A DNA stretch of 21,112 nt from Candidatus Woesearchaeota archaeon (GCA_038874655.1 JAVZBY010000013.1:1-21112); one strand, 5' to 3'. Counted from the stretch's first letter, positions 1-8,439 are shown. Notes: generated by a model not told the origin, from the sequence alone. A program made the numbers and translations.

Positions 1-622
1 CACCGTTGAAAAGATATCAACGGTGCCCTAAGGTTGGCTCAAGCCGGTCAGAAATCGGCCGTAGAGTGCAAGAGCAAAAGCCAGCCTGATTGGAATCACC
101 ACCATACTGATTCCAACCACGAAAGTGTGGTCTAGCGAACCCTTGAACCTCCTTGATGGGGGTCAGGGATGACAAAAAAGTTACTCCGGGGATAACAGAG
201 TCGTCGCGCCCAAGAGTTCCTATCGACGGCGCGGCTTGCTACATCGATGTCGGCTCTTCCTATCCTGGCTGTGCAGAAGCAGCCAAGGGTGGGGGTGTTC
301 ACCCATTAAAAGGGATCGTGAGCTGGGTTCACAACGTTGTGAGACAGTTGGTTTAATATCTACTGGAATTGCTGGATATCTGAGAGGAAGGAGCTTTTAG
401 TACGAGAGGAACAAAGCTCCGGCGCCTCTGGTCCACCGGTTATCTGACAAGGTATGCCGGGCAGCTACGCGCTAAGAGATAAAAGCTGAAAGCATCTAAG
501 CTTGAAACTCTCCTCGAAAATAGATATCCTGGGCTCCTGTAAAAGACAGGGTTGATAGGACCGGTGTGTAAGTGCTAAGGTGACGAGGCACTCAGCATGC
601 GGTCACTAATCGCCTATATCCA
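1..622 (+). rRNA. rrl: 23S rRNA, 3' portion (domains V-VI), archaeal type; 5' part lies outside the window, 3' end approximate
   Basis: PTC motifs GGGATAACAGAGTCGTCG (archaeal variant), CATCGATGTCGGCTCTTCCTATCCTGG and GTGAGCTGGGTT..GTGAGACAG; sarcin-ricin loop AGTACGAGAGGAAC at 399-412; GCTGAAAGCATCTAAG; GC content far higher than the rest of the window. Confidence 0.98.
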
Positions 623-629
623 TTGCATG

Positions 630-650
630 GTTTCTTTTTTTATTTTCTCT
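630..650 (+). terminator. T-rich tract, probable archaeal terminator after 23S rRNA
   Basis: TTTTCTTTTTTTATTTTCTCT directly after the rRNA end. Confidence 0.5.
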
Positions 651-680
651 AATTGATTATAAAAAAAGTAGTAAAATTAT

Positions 681-717
681 TTATCATACATTTTCATACT
701 TTCAAAACATTTATAAA
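681..717 (+). promoter_or_regulatory. TATA box (TTTATAAA, 710-717) for a leaderless ATG at 740, preceded by TCATAC repeats with 10-bp phasing
   Basis: 22-nt gap from TATA to ATG, the same gap as at 2983-2990/3013 and 11934-11941/11911; TCATAC at 684-689 and 694-699. Confidence 0.6.
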
Positions 718-739
718 AATTAAAATTTTTTATTGTTCT

Positions 740-1570
740 ATGAAAGAAAGATTAACAATAACCCTAGATTCTGAAACTTTAATAAAGGTAGACAAATTCA
801 TTGACGGGAAAAACATAAAAAACAGAAGTCATGCTATTGAAGTATTATTAAACAAATTTTTAGGAAAACCAAAAAAAGCCCTCTTACTTCTAGGTGGAAA
901 AGGTACTAGATTTAGACCAATAACATATGAATTACCAAAGGCATTACTCCCTGTTCAAGGAAAAACTGTTCCTGAACATTTAATTGAATTATTTAAAAAA
1001 TATAACATAACAGATTTAATTTTTTCTGTGGGCTATATGTCAGAAAAAATAATTAATTATTATGGTGATGGTTCTAGATTTGGAGTAAAAATCACTTATG
1101 TAAAAGAAGAAGAACCCTTAGGAAGTGCAGGAGCAATAAAACTTGCTTCAAAATACTTAGATGAAACATTTATAGTGACAAATGGTGATGAATTAAAAAA
1201 CATAAATTTAGATGAAATGTTTGAATTTCACAAAAAAAATAAAGCAAAAATCACAGTAGCATTAACAACAGTTGAAGATCCTAGTGCTTATGGTGTTGCT
1301 AAATTAGAAGGAAATAAAATTTTAGCATTTGTAGAAAAACCTAAAAAAGAAGAAGCTCCTTCTAATTTAATAAATTCAGGTTTATCCATTTGGGAACCTG
1401 AAGTCATAAAATTAATCCCTAATGGTTTTTCTATGTATGAAAAAGATATATTTCCAAAATTAGCACAAGAAGAAAAACTATTTGGTTATATCTTTTCAGG
1501 ACAGTGGTTTGATACTGGAACACCAGAGAGATATGAAAAAGCTATAAAAGAATGGAAAGGTATTGATTAA
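740..1570 (+). CDS. Ribbon-helix-helix (CopG/NikR-like) domain fused to a sugar-1-phosphate nucleotidyltransferase (mannose-1-P guanylyltransferase-like, no left-handed beta-helix domain)
   Basis: N-terminus MKERLTITLDSETLIKVDKFIDGKNIKNRSHAIEVLL fits the RHH pattern. It is followed by GGKGTRFRP..PKALLPV, EEEPLGSAGA, NGD, FVEKP and WFDTGT. Start moved from 653 to the ATG at 740 based on TATA position and the domain boundary. Confidence 0.9.
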   Translation: MKERLTITLDSETLIKVDKFIDGKNIKNRSHAIEVLLNKFLGKPKKALLLLGGKGTRFRPITYELPKALLPVQGKTVPEHLIELFKKYNITDLIFSVGYMSEKIINYYGDGSRFGVKITYVKEEEPLGSAGAIKLASKYLDETFIVTNGDELKNINLDEMFEFHKKNKAKITVALTTVEDPSAYGVAKLEGNKILAFVEKPKKEEAPSNLINSGLSIWEPEVIKLIPNGFSMYEKDIFPKLAQEEKLFGYIFSGQWFDTGTPERYEKAIKEWKGID

Positions 1571-1608
1571 AAAAATTAAAAAATAAATCTTAAAACAGAG
1601 GTGAAAAA

Positions 1609-2946
1609 ATGTCTATTTTTAAAGCATATGACATTAGAGGAATTTATCCAGAAGAGATAAATGAAAAAATTGTTTATGATATAGGAAGAGCATATGTAAT
1701 TAAATTTAAACCAAAAAAAATTACAATTGGAAGAGATATGAGAAATTCTTCTCCTAAATTATTTGAAGCATTAGTTAAAGGTGTCATTGATCAAGGTTGT
1801 GATGTTGTTGATGTTGGACTAGTTTCTACACCTATGATGTATTTTTCTGTTTGGTATTATAAAGATAAATTTAATTATGATGGTGGTTTAATGGTTAGTG
1901 CTTCTCACAATCCACCAAAATATAATGGTATAAAAATGGTTGATAAATCTGGTTTGCCTGTTTCAGGTGAAACAGGAATTTATGAAATTGGTGAAATGAT
2001 TAAAAATTTAAAAGAGCCAATTGCAAAAAAAAAAGGTAAAATAGAAAAAAAGGAAATAATGCAAGATTACATTAATCATTCATTAAAATATAAAAAAAAT
2101 CCAATAAAAAAATTCAAGATTGTATTAGACACTGCAAATGCAATGGGAGGTCCTGTTTCTAGTGAATTTTTTAAACATATAAATTGTGAATTAACTCATT
2201 TATTTGCTGAATTAGATGGAAACTTTCCCAATCATGAAGCAAATCCCTTAAAAGAAGAAAACATGAAAGCATTACAAAAAAAAGTTTTAGAAAAAAAAGC
2301 AGACATTGGAATTGCATTTGATGGTGATGCAGATAGAGTTGCATTTGTTGATGAAAAAGGCAATATTATTGCAAGTGATCTAATAATTCCATTAGTGGCT
2401 AAAATTTTATTACAAGATCATAAAGGAGCAAAAATACTTTATGATGTTAGAAGCTCAAAAATAGTAGGTGAAAAAATACAAGAATATGGAGGCATTTCAG
2501 GAAGATGTAAAGTTGGTCATTCATTAGTGAAACAACAAATGAAAAAAGAAAATGCAATATTTGCAGGCGAACTTTCAGGACACTATTACTTAAAAGAAGA
2601 GCATTATGCAGAAGCACCATTTTTTGTTATATTAAAAATATTAGAATTAATGACAAAAGAAAACAAAAAACTATCTGAATTAATTAATCCATTAAAAAAA
2701 TATTATCAATCTGGAGAAATTAACTCTGAAGTAAAAGATAAAGAAGCTAAAATGAAAGAATTAGCTGAAATATTCAAAGATGGAAAAATAAATTGGCTTG
2801 ATGGCATTACTATTGAATATCCGGATTTTTGGTTCAATGTAAGACCTAGTAATACTGAGCCCTTATTAAGATTAAACTTAGAGGCAAACACTAAAGAATT
2901 AATGGAAAAAAAGAGAGACCTTGTCCTAGGAATAATAAGAAAATAA
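1609..2946 (+). CDS. manB: Phosphomannomutase/phosphoglucomutase
   Basis: SIFKAYDIRG start, SASHNP phosphoserine motif, FDGDADR metal loop, GELSGH sugar-binding motif, RPSNTEP; SD GAGGTGA at 1598-1604. Confidence 0.95.
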   Translation: MSIFKAYDIRGIYPEEINEKIVYDIGRAYVIKFKPKKITIGRDMRNSSPKLFEALVKGVIDQGCDVVDVGLVSTPMMYFSVWYYKDKFNYDGGLMVSASHNPPKYNGIKMVDKSGLPVSGETGIYEIGEMIKNLKEPIAKKKGKIEKKEIMQDYINHSLKYKKNPIKKFKIVLDTANAMGGPVSSEFFKHINCELTHLFAELDGNFPNHEANPLKEENMKALQKKVLEKKADIGIAFDGDADRVAFVDEKGNIIASDLIIPLVAKILLQDHKGAKILYDVRSSKIVGEKIQEYGGISGRCKVGHSLVKQQMKKENAIFAGELSGHYYLKEEHYAEAPFFVILKILELMTKENKKLSELINPLKKYYQSGEINSEVKDKEAKMKELAEIFKDGKINWLDGITIEYPDFWFNVRPSNTEPLLRLNLEANTKELMEKKRDLVLGIIRK

Positions 2947-3012
2947 AATTTACCTTAAAAAGTATTTTAAAAAATAGAATACTTTAAATATACCTTTAAT
3001 TAAGAAACTTAA

Positions 3013-3585
3013 ATGCCTATAACTTATCTGGAGATGCCATTAGAAAAATTTTTAGATTTAAATAATCCAAGTAATAATCCTAATGAAGAATACAAGTTAA
3101 TTAATAAGGTCTTGGAAGATATATTAAAATATATATTTAATATAACACAGAACCCCTCTTTATTGGAAATTGGATGTGCTAATGGAAGTTATTTAAGATT
3201 TTTAAAAGAAAGATATCAAGATAGATTAAAATTAGTAGGAATAGATATCAAAAATTTTCCGTTTGATTCTTCTTATAATTTTTCACAAATGGATACAAAA
3301 AAATTAGGATTTCCTAATGAAACTTTTCAAATAATTATCTCAAACAGAGTAATTGACATAACAAATCCTCCATTTTACGATAATAATAATGTTTATATAG
3401 CATTACAAGAAGCAAAAAGAGTCTTAAAAAGAAATGGCTTCATTGTAGTTTATGGTGCAATTGAAAATCCTACTTTAGAAAAATTATCAAATGAATTTGA
3501 TATTATTATATATGAAACACCCTTTACACCTAGATTAAATAACAGAAATGACTATCGACTAATATCCTTAAAAAAAATTAATTAG
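3013..3585 (+). CDS. Class I SAM-dependent methyltransferase
   Basis: LLEIGCANG motif I, VGIDI, FPNETFQIII, EAKRVLKRNG; TATA TTTAAATA at 2983-2990 suggests a leaderless start. Confidence 0.85.
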   Translation: MPITYLEMPLEKFLDLNNPSNNPNEEYKLINKVLEDILKYIFNITQNPSLLEIGCANGSYLRFLKERYQDRLKLVGIDIKNFPFDSSYNFSQMDTKKLGFPNETFQIIISNRVIDITNPPFYDNNNVYIALQEAKRVLKRNGFIVVYGAIENPTLEKLSNEFDIIIYETPFTPRLNNRNDYRLISLKKIN

Positions 3586-3602
3586 AATCTTTTTCATAAA
3601 AA

Positions 3603-4145
3603 TTAAACAATCATTTCTAAATTATTAATTTCATTTTTCAAATAATCAATAGTTTTTTTATTATCATGTATATTCAATATCTTTCCACACTCAGGACAAT
3701 GAAAATTAAAATCCATAGCTTTTTCAAAATTTAGCCTTAGACATAAGTTTGGGCATAGATAAAAAGATTCAATATTTTCTTGCTCTTTTTTCAGTTTTTC
3801 TTTAAGTAAGGATAATTTTCTTTTATGTAATTCATAAACAAACTCTTTAAATCTTTTGTTATTCAAAGACCAATAACTTATATACCAACCTTTTTTTGGG
3901 TCCTTTTTTCTAAGATAATCCGCAAAGCCACATTCATAAAACTTATATAATATCTTTCTAACTTTATGTATTTCTAACTTAGTATCTTCGCTAATTACAT
4001 ATTCAGAAATATTTACTTTATTTTTTAAATAATTAAAAATAAGAATGCCTTCTTTGCCTGCTAGTTCCTCTGCTGTTTTTTGGTAATTAAGTTTAGTCAA
4101 AATTTTTTTATTTTTTTTATTAGTTAGTCTTATATTTAATTGCAT
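3603..4145 (-). CDS. tfe: Transcription factor E (TFE/TFIIE-alpha)
   Basis: Winged helix (ISEYVISEDTKLEIHKVRKILYKF..KGWYISYW), coiled coil, and zinc ribbon YLCPNLC..FEKAMDFNFHCPECG; ATG at 4145 preceded by SD GGTGAT at 4155-4150. Confidence 0.92.
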   Translation of the reverse strand: MQLNIRLTNKKNKKILTKLNYQKTAEELAGKEGILIFNYLKNKVNISEYVISEDTKLEIHKVRKILYKFYECGFADYLRKKDPKKGWYISYWSLNNKRFKEFVYELHKRKLSLLKEKLKKEQENIESFYLCPNLCLRLNFEKAMDFNFHCPECGKILNIHDNKKTIDYLKNEINNLEMIV

Positions 4146-4273
4146 ATTAATCACCAAAAAAACAGCTTTTCTAATCCCCCGTTATATTAATTCTTGATTT
4201 TCAATTTATAAACTTTTCTATTTAAGACCGCTATTTTTATATACATGAATATGAAAAGATTTAAATAGTAAAT

Positions 4274-4295
4274 TAATATACAATTTTGTATATTA
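4274..4295. promoter_or_regulatory. Palindromic putative operator TAATATAC-N6-GTATATTA, copy 1
   Basis: Perfect 12-bp arms ATTAATATACAA/TTGTATATTAAT at 4272-4297, just downstream of TATA TTTAAATA (4260-4267); the same core recurs at 8373-8394. Confidence 0.65.
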
Positions 4296-4389
4296 ATATA
4301 TTAATTTATATAAATCAATTTTTAATAGAATATAAACCCCTCATAAACAGAATATAAAAAAATGTGAATATAACAATAATATTAAAAAA

Positions 4390-4968
4390 ATGATAATAAA
4401 AATAAAAAGATACATTGTAGAAACTTATGGTGATTTAATAAAAGAAAGCTCTATAAAATTAATAGGAGATTTACTAATTATCATTGGTTCATTAATGATG
4501 GTAATTGGCATTAGAGATTACTTTAAAGATAGCATAATTGAAATTTTAAATGTTTCTTATAGAGTAGATGTACTATTATATTATTTAGTCGCATTTATAA
4601 TTATAATAAGCACTAATATTTTATTCAAAGACCTGAAAAATTTTCTAAATATAATATCCACATTTATAATCACTAGATTTCCGAAAATGAAGAATGAAAC
4701 TAGCCCTGAAAAATTTATTCTAAGAGATTTAGTACAAATTTTGATCTTATTTTTATTATTTTATCCTTTATCTGAATACACAAAAAATATATCCTTCTAT
4801 GGAATTCAAATAATTTATATTGTTTCACTATTATTTATTATATTAACTATGATTTTCATATATCATATCATAAAAAACATATTCATAATTTTGAATAATC
4901 ATTTTGAAAATTTTGCCAAAAATATAACAAAAAAAACTTCTTTAAAAAATGAAGATCAACACCATTAA
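4390..4968 (+). CDS. Hypothetical membrane protein with about 4 TM helices
   Basis: 192-aa ORF with four hydrophobic stretches, co-oriented with the downstream transporter. Confidence 0.75.
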   Translation: MIIKIKRYIVETYGDLIKESSIKLIGDLLIIIGSLMMVIGIRDYFKDSIIEILNVSYRVDVLLYYLVAFIIIISTNILFKDLKNFLNIISTFIITRFPKMKNETSPEKFILRDLVQILILFLLFYPLSEYTKNISFYGIQIIYIVSLLFIILTMIFIYHIIKNIFIILNNHFENFAKNITKKTSLKNEDQHH

Positions 4969-5020
4969 TTAAAGTTATAAAATAATAAAATTAGTTATAA
5001 AAAATTAATAAAATAAAAAA

Positions 5021-6304
5021 ATGAACTTAGAAACAATTGCTTTGGCTATATTTGTATTAACTTACCTCCTTATAATTAGTGAAATGATTCACGAAACAGT
5101 AGCTGCTTTAATAGGTGCCTTATTAATGGTAATTTATAGAGTAGTTGATTACAATACTATTGGTTCTTTAATTGATTTTAAAACCTTAACAGTCATTTTG
5201 GGAATTTTTATTATTGTTAATATTGTTGATAAATCAGGTTTATTTGAATTTTTAGCCTTAAAATTATTAAAACTTACAAAAGGAAATCCTTATAAATTAC
5301 TTTATGGAATTGCATTTCTTGGTTTTTTCATATCATTCATTATTACAGAAATACCAACAACTATAATATTGGGAACACTTATAATTAAAATATCCAAAAA
5401 ATTAAAAATCTCTCCTATCCCTTATCTAATTATAATAGCAATGGTAGTTGATATAGGTGGTTTATTAACACCAGTAAGCTCAATTCAAAATATTATGATA
5501 ACAACAGCTGTAAATATAAAATTTTCTGAATTTACTTTTTTTATGTTGCCTCTATGGTTATTAATTATGATTTCTTCAATGATATTCTTTAGAATCTACT
5601 TTAGAAAAGATTTGAGTGGAGAAAAAATAACAAAAGAAGAATTGCAGGAATTGCTTAATTTAGATGAAAAAGAAGAAATAAAAGATTGGAAATTATTTAA
5701 AAGAAGTGCTTTTCTTTTAACTTTAATTATCATATTTTTCTTTTTACAAGATATTACAGGAATAGGGATTGATGCTGTTGCTATAACAGGCGCAATATTA
5801 ATGCTTTTATTAAGTAGTGCTAACCCAGATGAGATATTAACAAAAGTTGAATGGTCAATTTTAGCATTTTTTATAGGTATTTTTATAGTTATAAGCGGTA
5901 TAGAAAAGGTAGGTTTATTAGCAAAATTTACTGCTTTTATCTCATCATACATGCATAATACTTTATCTGCAATATTAATTTTAATGATTATAACTGCTTT
6001 TGTTTCTTCAATAATGAATAACATTCCTTTAGTTGCCTTATTAATTCCTATTGCAAAAGGAATTACATCAACACTGGGAATACAAAATAATATTTTATTT
6101 TTCGGAATTGCTACAGCAACATGCTTAGGAGGTAATATAACTCCTATTGGAAGTCCTTCTAATGTTTTAATAATAGGAATGGCCCAAAAAGAAAAACATC
6201 CAATAAGTTTTAATGATTTTATAAAAATTGGTTTTAGATATACCTTTTTAACTCTTGGAATTGCGTTTCTTTACTTTGCTATCAGAGTTCTACTAAAATT
6301 ATGA
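5021..6304 (+). CDS. Ion transporter (IT) superfamily permease, ArsB/NhaD/SLC13/P-protein-like
   Basis: About 12 TM helices; SGLFEFLA, GGLLTPVSSIQN, KVEWSILAFFIGIF, SSIMNNIP and LGGNITPIGSPSN motifs. Confidence 0.88.
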   Translation: MNLETIALAIFVLTYLLIISEMIHETVAALIGALLMVIYRVVDYNTIGSLIDFKTLTVILGIFIIVNIVDKSGLFEFLALKLLKLTKGNPYKLLYGIAFLGFFISFIITEIPTTIILGTLIIKISKKLKISPIPYLIIIAMVVDIGGLLTPVSSIQNIMITTAVNIKFSEFTFFMLPLWLLIMISSMIFFRIYFRKDLSGEKITKEELQELLNLDEKEEIKDWKLFKRSAFLLTLIIIFFFLQDITGIGIDAVAITGAILMLLLSSANPDEILTKVEWSILAFFIGIFIVISGIEKVGLLAKFTAFISSYMHNTLSAILILMIITAFVSSIMNNIPLVALLIPIAKGITSTLGIQNNILFFGIATATCLGGNITPIGSPSNVLIIGMAQKEKHPISFNDFIKIGFRYTFLTLGIAFLYFAIRVLLKL

Positions 6305-6462
6305 ATGTGATAATGAAATAAAAGAAATATCATAAACTAATAGTTCTAAATTAATATTTCCAAAAGATAAATACACTTCAAAAAGATAGATATATTTATA
6401 AACTAATATTTTTTTCTAAAACATGGTTTAGAGGTTCTGTATAAATTTAACGAGGTAGAAAA

Positions 6463-6894
6463 ATGTCTATTGTTTTTGAAGTTGATCCTAAAAAATTAAT
6501 TGATGAAGTTGCTAAAGAGTTAGAAAAAATCCCTGAAATGAAACAACCTGAATGGGCAATCTATGTAAAAACAGGTGTTCATAAACAAAGACCACCTATG
6601 CAAGATAATTGGTGGTATATTAGAAGTGCTGCTGTCTTAAGAAGTATATACAAATTAGGCCCTATTGGTGTTTCTAAATTAAGAACTAAATATGGCGGTA
6701 GAAAAAATAGAGGATATGCTCCAGATAAAACCTTTAAAGGTAGTGGAAATATCATAAGAAAAATATTGCAACAATTAGAAAAAGCTGGTTTTGTAAAACA
6801 AACACAAGTAGGTGTCCATAAAGGCAGAGCATTAACAAAACAAGGAAAAGAATTTATGGACAACATTGCAAAAAAATTATTATCAAAGAACTAA
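6463..6894 (+). CDS. rps19e: 30S ribosomal protein S19e
   Basis: PEWAIYVKTGVHKQRPP, NWWYIRSAAVLR, YGGRKNRG, GSGNIIRKILQQLE; SD GAGGT at 6452-6456. Confidence 0.97.
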   Translation: MSIVFEVDPKKLIDEVAKELEKIPEMKQPEWAIYVKTGVHKQRPPMQDNWWYIRSAAVLRSIYKLGPIGVSKLRTKYGGRKNRGYAPDKTFKGSGNIIRKILQQLEKAGFVKQTQVGVHKGRALTKQGKEFMDNIAKKLLSKN

Positions 6895-6984
6895 ATAAAA
6901 AAAATCCAAAATACTTAATTAAAGAAATAAAAAAGTCATTATTAAGATTTAAAAAATAAAAATAAAAAATCAAAAGGGATAAAT

Positions 6985-7158
6985 ATGACAAAATACAAAC
7001 AACCTGCTAAAAAAAACAGATTATCAAAAAGAAGAGATCAAACAAAATGGGCTCCTTTTTGGACTGTTCCTAAGATATATGGTAAAAATAGAAGAGTTCA
7101 TCCAGGAAGACATACACATGTTAAAAGAACCTGGAGAAGAAGCAAATTAAAAGTTTAA
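6985..7158 (+). CDS. rpl39e: 50S ribosomal protein L39e (57 aa, missing from the ORF track)
   Basis: Hand translation MTKYKQPAKKNRLSKRRDQTKWAPFWTVPKIYGKNRRVHPGRHTHVKRTWRRSKLKV; contains KKxRL, Q..PxW and WRRSKLK; sits in the usual position before rpl31e. Confidence 0.92.
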   Translation: MTKYKQPAKKNRLSKRRDQTKWAPFWTVPKIYGKNRRVHPGRHTHVKRTWRRSKLKV

Positions 7159-7178
7159 ATAAGATAGGAGTGATTATC

Positions 7179-7706
7179 ATGGAAAAAACATTGGAAAGAG
7201 TTTATAATGTTCCTTTAAGAAAAGGATTTCAAAAAGCTCCTAAATATAAAAGAGCAAAAAAAGCAATTATTGTTTTAAAAGAATTTTTATCAAGACATAT
7301 GAAATGTTCTATAGAAGATATAAAATTAGGAAAAAGAATAAATGAGACAATTTGGGCTAGAGGATATAAATATCCTCCACATCACATAAAAATTAAAGCA
7401 GTAAAAGATGAAAAAGGTGTAGTAAAAGCAGAATTATATGGTTATGATTATCAAGAACCAATAATTTCAGAAACAACAGAAAAAGAAACAAAAAACAAAG
7501 AAGAAAAGCAAGAAATTGAAGAAAAAAATGAAGAAAACAAGGTAGAGAATTTAGATTTAGATGAGGAAATAAAAGAAAAAGAAGAAAAAGAAGCTGTAAA
7601 GAAAACAAAAACAAAAAAAGTAAGTAAAGAAAAAAAAGAAAATTCTGAAAAAAAAGAAACTAAAAAAGTAAAAGACAAAGAAACTAAGAAATCTAAAAAA
7701 GAATAA
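7179..7706 (+). CDS. rpl31e: 50S ribosomal protein L31e with a long Glu/Lys-rich C-terminal tail
   Basis: ERVYNVPLR, KRAKKAI, FLSRHMK, INETIWARG..PP; ATG at 7179 after SD GGAGTGA. Confidence 0.93.
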   Translation: MEKTLERVYNVPLRKGFQKAPKYKRAKKAIIVLKEFLSRHMKCSIEDIKLGKRINETIWARGYKYPPHHIKIKAVKDEKGVVKAELYGYDYQEPIISETTEKETKNKEEKQEIEEKNEENKVENLDLDEEIKEKEEKEAVKKTKTKKVSKEKKENSEKKETKKVKDKETKKSKKE

Positions 7707-7807
7707 ACTTTTTTTATCTTTTTATTTAAAAAATTAATTTCTTTTTCTCTATAATTTAATACAAAATAGAACTAAAAAACAATAAATAAAAATCAAAATT
7801 ATAAAAT

Positions 7808-8197
7808 TTAAACCTCTTTCATTTTTTTTGTTATAGGAATTTTTTCATTACATTTTTGGCATTGAAAAATTAATGCCTCAACACCTTGATATTTTTTTCT
7901 CTTAAAGGGAATTTGAATTTCTCCTTCATAATTACATTTAGGGCAAGTATAAATAATATTTGCTGTTAATGTATCTTCATATTCTTTCTTATCTATTTTA
8001 TGATGACATTCAGGGCATTCATAATAATTTGCTCTAATCAAAACTTTACCTTTTTTATCCTTCGGTTTTCCCATTAATGCTTTTTTACATTTAGGGCATT
8101 GCTCTCTATAAACCCATGCTTTTACTTTACCATTTCCTATTGCCCTAGAAGTCCAATAAACTAATTCATCCATTGATTCTGGAACTTGTAATGCCAT
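7808..8197 (-). CDS. Hypothetical zinc-ribbon protein with four CxxC motifs
   Basis: CPKC, CPEC, CPKC, CQKC; SD AGGTGAT at 8207-8201; TATA TTTATATA at 8249-8242. Confidence 0.85.
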   Translation of the reverse strand: MALQVPESMDELVYWTSRAIGNGKVKAWVYREQCPKCKKALMGKPKDKKGKVLIRANYYECPECHHKIDKKEYEDTLTANIIYTCPKCNYEGEIQIPFKRKKYQGVEALIFQCQKCNEKIPITKKMKEV

Positions 8198-8372
8198 ATT
8201 ATCACCTTTTTATTTTAATTTTTTTATTAAATTAATAAAGGTATATAAACTTTTTTAACCTTAAATCTCTATTAAAATATTTTAACATTTTTTAACAATT
8301 TTTAGTTTTACTATATTATTAATAGAAATATTTATAAACAATAAAAGTATTCTAATATAATATAAATTAAAC

Positions 8373-8394
8373 TAATATACAAAAAAGTATATTA
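8373..8394. promoter_or_regulatory. Palindromic putative operator TAATATAC-N6-GTATATTA, copy 2
   Basis: TAATATAC AAAAAA GTATATTA lies between TATA TTTATAAA (8331-8338) and the ATG at 8440. Confidence 0.65.
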
Positions 8395-8439
8395 AATTTA
8401 GATAAAAAAGTATTATAATCCAAAGTTTTCGGGGATAGA

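Noticed and set aside
153-356. 67-aa ORF
   Set aside because: Lies entirely within the 23S rRNA
653-739. N-terminal extension of the ORF from TTG at 653
   Set aside because: Overlaps the promoter; the ATG at 740 fits the TATA spacing and the start of the RHH domain
6423-6431. ATG-GTT-TAG mini-uORF near the predicted rps19e transcription start
   Set aside because: Only two codons, spacing slightly off the other leaderless starts, and easily due to chance
7470-7706. GAA/AAA-rich quasi-repeats
   Set aside because: Explained by the Glu/Lys tail of L31e; there is no discrete repeat unit
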